Origin: Paraspadella gotoi
Taxonomy: Eukaryota > Animalia > Chaetognatha
Assembly: GCA_051294375.1 (NCBI GenBank)
Contig: CM119270.1
Coordinates: forward strand, 15,047,360-15,111,359
Reading direction: 5' to 3'
Length of the DNA: 64,000 nt
Numbering within the stretch: the first letter of the stretch is position 1; every line of letters begins with the position of its first letter. The translations under genes were made by a program, and so were the position numbers. Shown here in pieces: positions 1-11,890 of the stretch. Under the pieces are notes generated by a model. The model saw only the letters and a list, made by a program, of their open reading frames with translations. It was not told where the DNA came from and did not search any database.

Positions 1-2716
1 TCTTTTCGTCCCCCTTTAGCGCCAACCCTTAGCGTCGATACGTTTAATTCTGGAGTAAAATTACGCTGTAGTAACGTGCAGTCTCTGCACGTGGCATTAT
101 TATTGTACCGATGCTGCTAAAAGCACGATACCGTGGACGCTAAATACGGATATATTAGAATAAAAATGTCGTGATTGCCGTAGAAGCTGTCTCGATAATT
201 TTTTTACAATATGGTCTTCTCCTCGGGGTCGGGAACGATTTTGCAAAATTTATGAGTTGACTCAATGTTTGTGATATGTGATGGATAAAATTTGTGGCGC
301 GTTGAGAATAGCGAACGAAAATCCGGTTAACCTTAATCCTTATACCGTATATTAATTTCGATATTTTCGTTATTTTATTACTACAAGTAATAGTGTGCCG
401 AACGGACTGTTTGCCAATCTTTTGTTTTGTCCTGTCAGTCAGTAGACAGTAGGGAGATTTTTGGGTGGGAGGGGAATAAGATACAGAGAACTATTAAAAT
501 AAGAAAACATCAAAAAACTTTTTTTGAAAAAGTAATGGGAATACCGAATACGAGGCAAAAACATTCTGTCAATTTGAAAGCTGATTCTCGATAATTTTTT
601 TAACTATGGATCTTCCCTTCGGGAGTCGGGAGCGGATTTATGCATTGGTTGATAAAATTTGGCGCGTTGAGAATAGCGACGAAAATCGTTAACCTTAATC
701 CTTATACCGTAATATTAATTATCGATATTTATCGTTATTTATTACTACAAAAGTAATAGTGGCGAACGGACTGTTTGCCATCTTTTAGTCTTTTTCCTTG
801 AGTCATAGTAAGACGAGGGAGAAATTTTTTTGGGGGGGAAAAGATACAGAACTATTAAAAATAAGAAAACAAAAAAACTTTTTTGAAAAAAGATGGGAAT
901 TACGAGGCAAAAACATCTGTCAATTTGAAAAAAAAAATAATAAAAACACGTATAAACTAAGTAGTATCCAATATTGTTTAATTTGCGGTTCTCGTAGCTG
1001 AATTATATTTATGCTGGAAATAAAACTGGGAGCAGTTTGGATTTTTATTTTTATCCAGGCCTCCTACTCTACAATTGTTTTCTAAGAGTAATATATTCCA
1101 TTTCTCTCTCTCTCTCCTCTTCTTCTCTCTCTCTCCTCTCTCTCCGTCTCTCTCTCTCTCCTCTCTCTCTCCTTCTCTCCTCTCTCTCTCCTCTCTCTCA
1201 ACCCCGTTTGATTTCCTCCGCCCATGACCTGTCCTTGCCGACGTTCGCTGCGATTTCTCTTTACCTACCCGCTCCTCCTCGTCTCTCTCTCTCTCTCCTC
1301 TCTCTCTCCTCTCTTCTCTCTCTCTCTCTCTCCTTCTCCATCCTCTAGTAAAACCATCACGTTATCCCTAAGGTGACAGCCGAATACAATTCATTTTTAA
1401 CTCTCCCCTCCATCCTCTCGCCCCATTTCCCCCCGTCCCTCTCCAACGCAAAGTCGTATTTAATACCAAACCGCTTTGGTTCCGTTATCGCCAAAAAAAA
1501 ATCCGCTCTTCTCCATCCTTTCTGTTTTTTTATTCTCGCTTCCTTCACCTTTCTTTCTTTTTTTTTTCTTTTTCCTTTCATCCTTTAATCCCTGTCTTCA
1601 TATTGTTCCTTTTAGTTAATTTTTTTTTTCAATTATTCCTGTTCTTTTTCTCACTTAAAATGTTTATTTCGATGATTCTCTTCTGTTTTTAATCCCACTA
1701 AAGTTCTCACTCTCAGTTCTTATCAATTCTTTGTAACGCTTGTCTACTTTTCCACTATTATCCTTTCGTTTCATCGCCCCCAGTCCTACCACGTTATCGC
1801 CTGCCCTCTTTTTTTATCATTCTATCTCCCCGGGAGAATAGGCAATCTGGCTTTACTACCACTCCTCTCTTTTTATACCTTCCTATTCTCTTCCTCTTTT
1901 AACACCCAATTTTAGCCACGTCGCTGTCGTCGCTCATGCGGCGTTGCTTCTTTTATTTTGACGTTTTTTTTTGTTGTTTCGTAAAAAATTCTCAATCACT
2001 AAATGGTCCACCCTCCTCGTCTTAAGATACTACCCTCGACGCGAGAGTTTTTAAACGGTATGAAATGACATTCACTACGTGCGACATACATAACACAACC
2101 ATACAATTACTACGTCAGCGTTTATTTGCCGTCAAACGAAGTTGCATGTTCACTGTCATGTTTCCGTCTGTTCACATCACTTTTTTTTCTATTTCAGATT
2201 CTCACTCACTTTTAAAAAAAATCCACCAAAAAAAAACTCACCCTTTCTAACTCACCCTTCCTAAAACATCGCTCTAATAAGATTCTTCGTAGTTCGCACG
2301 CCTTTAATGTAGTTTGATATCACTTTAGCCGCTCACCCGTACTACTAATAAATAAACGCACGGTTCCCCCCAAAATACAACCACAACAACAACAGCGACG
2401 ACAGGGAATAACGATCGTCCATCCAAAATCGCGCGAAAAGAGAAACCAAAAGCGAATCCACTTCCTGTTCTTGCGCGGGCTGCGCTGAATTTCTAGAGAG
2501 GGAGAGAGAGCTGAGAGGATAGAGAAAGAGAGAAACAGGACGCGCGACAGAAGGAACGTCAACAAAGGTTGAAAAAGTGCAGCAGTGGGAGTGAGTGATA
2601 AGCGCGACTAAGAAACGGAGCGTTGCAGAGAAATGCAGAAAGAGAGCAGAGAGAGAAAAGGCAAAGAGAAAGAGAGAGAGAGAGAGAGAGAGATGAGAGA
2701 GAACGAGAAGAGAGAA

Positions 2717-2758
<42 letters not shown>

Positions 2759-4919
2759 ATGAGAGAGAGAGATCACGCTTTAAACGAGACAAGATGAGTG
2801 AAATATGAATTTTGGACGCTAAGCGCTGAAACTAGAAAAAAAATCCTCGAAGCGAACGAAAAGAAAAAAAACCAAAGACGAATTCCGTCCCAAAGAAACA
2901 AAGACGAATTCGTCGCCACTGACGTCCAAGAAACGAAAACTTAAGATATATATATAAAAACTGCATTTTGCTGACGACGGATGATTATGGAGGCCCAGAT
3001 ATGAAGGCGACGAAAAAATGAGGGCGACAACCTCCGATTTAAAATTCTAAAGCTCGTCTGCCCAGACATCTTACGACGAAATCGTCGCTGCCTTTTCGAC
3101 TTACGACGAAATCGTTCTCTCACGCCCGAACTCCACACCGAGAAGTCGCACGAATAGCGATAGGAGCAAAGGCGGCTGATAATGGCGGCCGGGTGGGCCC
3201 GGAAGCGCCGCCACCGTCCGACAACTGCGTCGGCGACGTGCGTCGAACCACGCTGGCGTCGGCCAGGCTTCCCGGCCAAGATCGGGGAATTCTGAGCGCC
3301 TAGCTATGGTTTAGGACTATAGAATTTGAGAATAGCGGAACGAACGTTTCTAGGAACGAGGAAAGATTGCTGCGTGTGTTCAGACTTCTTCGGCACAACG
3401 AACACCACTAATGCCTATCATGTTATACTCATCAGCGAACAAGCAAGGGAGTACGTGAGGAGAGGAAAGCAAGGAAGGCGTAGAGCCGTCATAGGGTATA
3501 GAGGAACAAGGATAAAGATGGAAAAGATAGACTTTGTGCGGAATGCGTATATCGCCTACACATAGCGAGAAGACGACGCCCGACCGTGAAAGAGAAAACA
3601 AAGGCAAAAAGAAGAGGAAAGAAGGAAAATGTAGCGAAGGATGATTTGGAGCCGAAAAAAATGACAGAAAGTGTTTAGATTAGAGAAAGAAAGAATGCAA
3701 GTTGCAACGAAGGCCGAGCAGAAGAAGGAAGGTAGAAAGGCAGGAGCCGAAAAATGAGACGAAAGGCGAGCAGCACACGGTGAATAGCCACAGGACAGAC
3801 ACCTTTTCGATCGATGGCACAACAGCGCTATCTTCCGAACCTTTGAAACTGCCATAGGCATTGGGATTCAAACTCTTTCTGGTGCCACCGTCCTCCTCTA
3901 AACAACAGACCGACACGCTCAACAAAATCTGACTCTCTCTCTCTNNNNNNNNNNNNNNNNNNNNNNNNNCCCGAGCTCATCTCCCCGTCTCTCTTAACTT
4001 GTTCGCACGCCGAGCGGCATCTGTTCCGCATCTGTTTGCACCTGTATAGAGATTTTTTACAACTCCTTTCTTTTCGTCCCCTTTTAGCGCCAACCTTAGC
4101 GTTTCTTGAACGTTTAATTTCTGGTAAGTAAATTTAACCTGTAGGAGTAACGTGCCACAGTTTGTGGGCATTATTATCTGTAAAACCGACTGCGCTAGCA
4201 CGATTACGCTGGCACGCTAACATCAACGGGTCATTAATCTAGAATAACATGTCGTGGATGCCTCCGTTTTAGATTTAGAAGCTTGATTCTCGATAATTTT
4301 TTAACTATGGGATCTTCCACCTCGGGAGTCGGCGAACGGAATTTATGCATTGCGTTGATAAAATTTGGCCGCGTGAGAATAGCGACGAAAATCGTTAACC
4401 TTAATCCTTACTACCGTAATATTAATTATCGATATTCTATCGTCGTATTTATTACTACAAACAGTCATAGTGCGCGAACGGCACTGCCTTTGCCATCTTT
4501 TAGTCTTTTCCTTGAGTCTAGTAAAGACGAGGGAGGAAAGTTTTTCTTTGGGGGAAAGATACAGAACTAATTAAAAATAAGCAAACAACCAAAACAAACG
4601 TCTTTTGAAAAAGCATCGGAAATTTACGAGGCGCAAAGAACATCTGTCAATTTAAAAAAAAAAATAATAAAATTACACGCGTATAAACTACAGTAGTATC
4701 CAATATTTGCCTTTAATTTGCGCGTTCTCGTAGCTGACTTATATTTATTGCTGGAAATTAAAACTCGGTAGCAGTTTGGGATTTTCTATTTTGTTATCCA
4801 CGGCTCTCCACTCTACAACTGTTTCTCAAGAGTAATTCTCTACTTCCATTTCTCTCTCTCTCTCTCTTCTTCTCTCTCTCCTCTCTCTCTCGTCTCTCTC
4901 TCTCTCCTGCTCTCTCTCT

Positions 4920-4950
<31 letters not shown>

Positions 4951-5021
4951 CGTTTGATTTCTCGCCCATGACTTGTCCTTTGCCTGACGTTCGCTGGATG
5001 TTCTCTTTACCTACGTCACCC

Positions 5022-5070
<49 letters not shown>

Positions 5071-6376
5071 CTCATCTAAAACCATCACGTTATCCCTAAG
5101 GTGACAGTCGAATACAATTCATTTTAACTCTCCCCTCCATCCTCTCGCCCCCATTTCCCCCCTCGTCCCTCTCCACGCAAAGTTCGTACTTTAATACCAA
5201 ACCGCTTTGGTTTCCGTTATCGCCCAAAAAAAAATCCGCTCTTCTCCATCCTTCTGTTTTTTTATTATCTCGCTTCCTTCACCTTTCTTTCTTTTTTTTT
5301 TCTTTTTCCTTTCATCCTTTAATCCCTGTCTTCATATTGTTCCTTTTAGTTAATTTTTTTTTTCAATTATTCCTGTTCTTTTTCTCACTTAAAAATGTTT
5401 TTTTCCGCATGATCTCTCTTCTGTTTTTAATCCCACTTAAAGTTCTCCACTCTCATTCTTATCATCTTTGAACGCTTTGTCTCACTTTTGTCCACCTTAT
5501 CCTTTCGACTTTCATACGCCCCCTATCCTACCCACGTATATCGCCTTGCCCTCTTTTTTATCATTGCTATCTCCCCGGAGAATAGGCAATCTGGCTTTAC
5601 TAGCCACTCCTGCTCTTTTTATCCTTCCGTATTCTCTTCCTCTTTTAACACCAATTTTAGCCGTCGCTGTCGTCGCTCATGCAGGCGTTTTGCTTCTTTT
5701 ATTTCTGACGTTTTTTTTTGTTGTTTCGCTAAAAAAAATTCTCAATCTACTAAATGGTCCACCCTCCTCGTCATTTAAGATACTACCCTCGACCACGAGA
5801 GTTTTTAAAACGGTATGAAATGATCACTACGTGCGTACATACAAACAACCATAATTACTACGTAGCGCTTATTTGCCGTCAAACGAAGTTGCATGTTCAC
5901 TGATGTTCGCCTGTTCACGTTTTTTTTTCTATTTCAGATTCTCTCACTTTTAAAAAAATCCACCAAAAAAAAAAACTCACCCTTTCTAACTCACCCTTCC
6001 TAAAACATCGCTCTAATAAGATTCTTCGTAGTTCGCACGCTTTAATGTAGTTTGATATCACTTTAGCCGCTCACCCTACTACTAATAATAAACGCACGGT
6101 TCCCCCCAAAATACAACCACAACAACAAACGACGACGACAGGAATAATCGCATTCCAAAATCGCGCGAAAAGAGAAACCAAAAGCGGCAATCCTACTTTT
6201 GCGCGTTGCGCTGATTTCTAGAGAGGGAGAGAGAGTGAGAGGATAGAGAAAAGAGAGAAAGGACGCGCCCGAGAAGGAACGTCAACAAAGGGTGAAAAGT
6301 GCAGAGTGGGAGTGAGTGAAAGCGCGATGATAGAAAGGGCCGTGAGAGAAATTGCTAGAGAGAGAGAGAGAGAGAG

Positions 6377-6417
<41 letters not shown>

Positions 6418-7330
6418 TGAGAGAGAGAGAGAGAAAGAGAGAGAGAGCAGAGAGAGATCACGCTTTAAACGAGACAAGATGAGTGAAATATGAATTTTGG
6501 ACGCTAAGCGTGAAACATAGAAAAAAAATCCTCGAAGGACGAAAAAAGAAAAAACCAAAGACGAATTCCGTCCAAAAAACAAAAGACGAATTCGTCGCCA
6601 CTGACGTCCCCAAAAGACGAAACTAAGATATATATATAAAAACTGCATTTTGCTGACGACGATGATTATGGAGGCCCAAGATATGAAGGCGACGAAAAAA
6701 TGAGGGCGACAACCTTTCGATTAAAATAAGCTGCTGCCCAGACATCTTACGACGAAATCGTCGCTTGCCTTTTCGACTTACGACGAAATCGTTCTCTCAC
6801 CCGAACTCCACCCGAGAAGTCGCACGAATAGCGATTAGGAGCAAAGGCGGGCGATAATAGGCGGCCGGGTGGGCCGAAGGCTGCGACGTCGACAACTGCG
6901 TCGGACGCCTGCGTCGACAGCTGGGTCGGCGGCTGTCCGGCAAGATATCGGATTCTGCGGCCTAAGTCGGTTTGGATAGATTTTGGTAGAAAACTTTATT
7001 CGAAACTAGGAGAGGAAGAAGAAGGGAGAACCGAGGGAGAAAGAAGCAGAAGGGGAAAAGAGATGAATAAGAGGAAGGAAAAAAGGAAAAAGAAGAGGAG
7101 ATGAGGAAGAGAAAAAGAGATTAAGAAGAGGAAGAGAAATGAGAAAGTGTTGATTAGAGAAGAAGAAGATGAGTTGACGAAGGGAGAGAGGAAGAGAAAG
7201 AGAGCCGGGAAAAATGAGAGGAAGGCGAGAGGGAAGGAAAGCCACAGACAGAGCGGACTTTCGATGGAAAAGGATCTTCGAACCTTGAAACGCCAGGGCA
7301 ACAACAACCACAACCACAACACTTTCTTAA
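1..7330. repeat. Near-tandem ~3.3-3.9 kb duplication (1-3930 vs 4070-7330) across a 25-N gap, probably an assembly artefact
   Basis: Collinear copies differing mostly by single-base indels; 185-560 is repeated again at 570-930 in the first copy only. Confidence 0.9.
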
Positions 7331-7511
7331 AAGACCCACATTTGAGCCACCGGGGCAACTGCAGCACCAGCGACGGCCGCGAATCATTGATCAGGAACAA
7401 CAAGGACCCAACCAACAGGAGCAGCTACTAACCAACCAACAGGAGCAACAACAACGACGACGACGACGACGAGAACGACCGCGTAGAAAATCGCGATTTG
7501 TCGACGAGAAA

Positions 7512-7817
7512 ATGAAATTCGATGCGAGTTTATCTTTGTTTCCTTCTTCCTCTCTCCCTCGCCGCCACCGACGCCACCGCCCACCCCTCTCCCCTTCCAC
7601 CCCTCTTCGCTCCCTCTTCAACCTCCCCCTCCTCCTCTTCCTCTTCCTCTCCCTCCTGGCCGCCGCTTGCGTCGCCGACATGCGCGCCGTCTCTCTTCTC
7701 TTCAAGAAATTCAAGGCGGACCCTCGAGTTCGTCCCGTCAGACACTACAACGAGACCATCACCGTTACCGTCTCCCTCGTTCTACAGCACATCTTCGATC
7801 TAGACGAGAAGCACCAG
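7512..7817 (+). CDS. nAChR-like exon 1 (signal peptide and N-terminal ligand-binding domain)
   Basis: ATG at 7512; hydrophobic LPLLLFLFLSLLAAACVA, then DPRVRPVRHYNETITVTVSLVLQHIFDLDEKHQ; donor CAG|GTGGTT, 306 nt, phase 0. Confidence 0.9.
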
Positions 7818-10800
7818 GTGGTTGATGGGGTCCTTGATGTTGTTGGGATCTTCGTTAACGTCGTGAGGCATGCTGTAGCTGTGATGCTGCTGTTTCGATT
7901 GTGGTCTTTCGAAGTCGTAATTTCGATCTTCGGTTTTAACTTTTAGTAGGTGGCTGTTCGCTGTGGTGCAGATTAGATTTTGTGTGAGAGGAAGTATGTA
8001 ACAGAACTCGGTATTATATATACATACTGTGGTTCCGGTTCCGGTTCTCTAATTAACTTTGATCTTTTTCATTCTCAAGGTGAAAAAAAAATAATTCGAG
8101 TTAAAGATTAAAACTTCAATAAACTTTTGTAAAAAATAATCTATTAAAAGTTTCGTCAGTTACTTCACCTTTGATGATGATTGTTTTCGTTGGCATAAGA
8201 ACCGGGGCCCAGGGGCAGATAAGAAAACCATATTTGTCAATGTGTTTTAACGTGTTGCCGCTTTATGTCTTTTTCTGTTTGTTTGCAAACATAAATAAAT
8301 ACACGGCAATGAAACGAGGGACGCATAAAACTCAGGAAACGTCGTAAAAAGAGCATCAGATAAGCGTTGGGCAAATATTTGAAAGTTTTCATTACCAAAC
8401 GTTTGTTGACATAAAAGGTAAGTAGATTCTTTAGGTAAGGAGGAAAGTAGGTAACTAGGTAGGATGATGGGTAGTTAGTAGAATTTTTTAAACAATTCTT
8501 ATTGTTGTTGTTGTTGTCAGCTGCTGGAGTCTACGTTCTGTTACGAATTCACATGGAACAACGGACTCATGACGTGGGACCCAGAGGACTTCGACGGGAT
8601 TTCGAAGGTGAGTCAGAGAAAAAGCAAATATCCGTGAAAGTTTTAATGACATAGAACTTAATAGCCTTACCAATGTGCATACATAAATAGGAAATGAAAA
8701 TGGGAGGAAACGAATCATAAAATGACAGTTTTTTTCTTTTTTGGTACCGAAAATGTTCTGTTTATTCATTCAGTGAATTTTTCTTTTTTTCTCGAAATTT
8801 AACTTGCTAAATCCTGACTCACTTGGTTCCATTTCCGTAACTCCGTCTCTGTGATCGAGTCCCTTTGATTCCGACTCCGTGATTAAGTCCCAATTCCGTG
8901 ATTCCTTCCTGCGATGATTTTCCAAGACTCACGTTCACGTTTTTTGATTAATCACTGCTTCGATTTATGAAAGAAAAAAAAATTAGTAAAAAAAAAAAGT
9001 AAAAAACATCGACGCGGAGGCGAAGATTAATTTCAAACCAGAGGAATTTAATTAAAAACCCCCTGAGGAATAAAAAATAATATATTAAAACGCCGTTGAT
9101 CGGCTCGGTACGGCGCGGCGCGGCGCGGCATGGCTAGGCCCTGTACGTCAAGGGGAGGTTGGGCATGGCGCGGCGCCGTAAGGAGGGCGAGGCATTGCAC
9201 GGCGCTGCAATGGGAGTAACGTCTCTTCGCCCTTTGGCGTCGATACGAGGATTTCCCTCGATTACATAATTTTTTTTTTAGTTTTTCGAGAGAAAAAAAC
9301 TAAAAAAATATTCGTCAGTTAATTTCCGTCGAAGATGATGACGCACGAATTTGTCGTTGTTGTTGTGGATTTGAGTCGAGCTCCTTTTTTTTAAATCATT
9401 TAAAATTAAAAAATGAATCAGTTAAAGTTCGTTTTCTTTTCGTTTACGAAATTTTTAAGCAGAGCGACTTAATCAAATAAATAGTATAAAGTATGCATAT
9501 TAACCACTAGTCTAGTAGGTATGACTTTCTCGACCAACTGTTTGCCACTGTTCGCAACATCGACTGTTTGATGGCGAATTGTTACGAGCGACGAGTCGAT
9601 TAAGAAAGGCGCGGTCCGCCCACCACATCTCTCACCACAAAAAAACCCACAAAGAAGAAGAGAGAAAATCTCTTTGAAAAGAATGGAAAATCGACCTCGA
9701 AAATCCATTCGCCTTCGCCTTCATTTTTTAGGCGAACGACGACGACGACGAGGACGACGACGACGACGACGATGTCGAAGAGGAAGAAATATTGAGATGA
9801 CAACGAAGAAGACGATCATGACAACAAATGATAATGACAAACGTTTGCGGTGATGTGGTAGAGGAAAAAAAATGTGATGCCATGATTAGAACCACTCGAA
9901 AAATTGTATGTTGTCTCTTCACTTTGGATACGCTTTGGTGCATAAAGACGACAAATATATTGGCGGGTTTGTGGGTTTTAATAAAGACAACCATGATGAC
10001 AAAAACGAGGGATGCAGAGGACACGATGACATATTCAGGGATGACAATGATTACAATGCGTGGGATGCGATGACAATGATGACAACGATAGATCGCTGGC
10101 TTTAAAAAAAAAACCGATAAATGCGGTAACTGAAAAAAAAAACATGATGAACAAAGACAACCGCAAAAGCGACGATTTCTCGAGCTGTTGGTTATTGGTT
10201 GTTGGCTAATGGCTATTGGTTGGCTATTGGCTGTTAACTAGTTTATATTGGCCAATGGCTGTCGCCTAAATTACAACGATAAATGCGATCAGAAGACGAA
10301 ATTTGTCTCCAAATCCTTTCTTTTTTTCTTTTTTTTTTGCCGAGATGGGATTTTCTGGTGGAGATTGGAATCCGGCGCCGATTAACCTCCGATCCGCCCA
10401 TCCGCCTCCATTCNNNNNNNNNNNNNNNNNNNNNNNNNNNNNNNNNNNNNNNNNNNNNNNNNNNNNNNNNNNNNNNNNNNNNNNNNNNNNNNNNNNNNNN
10501 NNNNNNNNNNNNNNNNNNNNNNNNNNNNNNNNNNNNNNNNNNNNNNNNNNNNNNNNNNNNNNNNNNNNNNNNNNNNNNNNNNNNNNNNNNNNNNNNNNNN
10601 NNNNNNNNNNNNNNNNNNNNNNNNNNNNNNNNNNNNNNNNNNNNNNNNNNNNNNNNNNNNNNNNNNNNNNNNNNNNNNNNNNNNNNNNNNNNNNNNNNNN
10701 NNNNNNNNNNNNNNNNNNNNNNNNNNNNNNNNNNNNNNNNNNNNNNNNNNNNNNNNNNNNNNNNNNNNNNNNNNNNNNNNNNNNNNNNNNNNNNNNNNNN

Positions 10801-11817
10801 NNNNNNNNNNNNNNNNNNNNNNNNNNNNNNNNNNNNNNNNNNNNNNNGAAAAAAAAATTTCAGACCCTCCCTTTTGTGGGTCGACATTGACGTATTAGGC
10901 AACCTGGTCACCATTTAACGTTTACTGATATGGTGACCATAAACCCACCAGGTCAACATGCCAGTCGTCGACATGTGGAGACCAGACGTTGTTCTCCTAA
11001 ACACTGCGGGTCAGATGCTCAATTTCCAACAGAAGGTATCGTAATATATGATAATATATTCATAAGAATTATTAGTGTTAAAAATTTTGTCATGGGATGT
11101 ACAAGTGGATTTTTAATTATTTTTTTGGGGGGGATAATATATCGATTCCAATGAACGAATCAATGCATTCCAGAGTAAAAATGATATAAAAATATTTGAA
11201 TCAAAATATTGAAAATTGAAATATTGAATATTGAATATTGAAAAACTCTTGTATATGAATTATAAAAACTTTAAACGATTTAAATTCTTATTAAATTACA
11301 TTATTCTTGTTTAATGTTAATATCTAGTATCCGTGAGTTTTTGTCTATCATTATTTATTGTTTCATCGTCATATCTTGCCAATCTAACGCCAGGGCGACT
11401 TTTACGCCAACGTGGAAAAGTCCGGCATCGTGTATTGGGCTCCTTCGATCACGACCAAGAGCATCTGTGAAGTTGAGATCACTTACTTTCCCTTCGATGA
11501 GCAAGTGAGTCGAGCAAGTTACCTTTTCATTAGAACGTTAATAAACTCAGGAAAAGGAATCCTAGGAGTCGCGTTATAAAAAAACAAAAAAAAAAACCGG
11601 TTTTTTATTCCATTTTCTGTTTCCGTTTTCCAAGCGTTTAATTTTCTCTGATCTCACGCTTCCCCTTCTTAATTCTTTTCTCCCTCTTCAGAAATGCAGT
11701 CTTCAGTTTTCAACTTGGATGCACGACGAATCCGAGATCGATCTGCAGTTGAAACACAATTACGTCGAAACCTACGCCTTCGTCACCAACACGGGGTGAG
11801 AGAGATAGTGATAAGAT

Positions 11818-11890
<73 letters not shown>

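Noticed and set aside
10864-10918. SLLWVDIDVLGN resembling nAChR loop A (candidate exon 3)
   Set aside because: It lacks the Pro of WxPD and a compatible splice phase; the true exon is 10952-11035.
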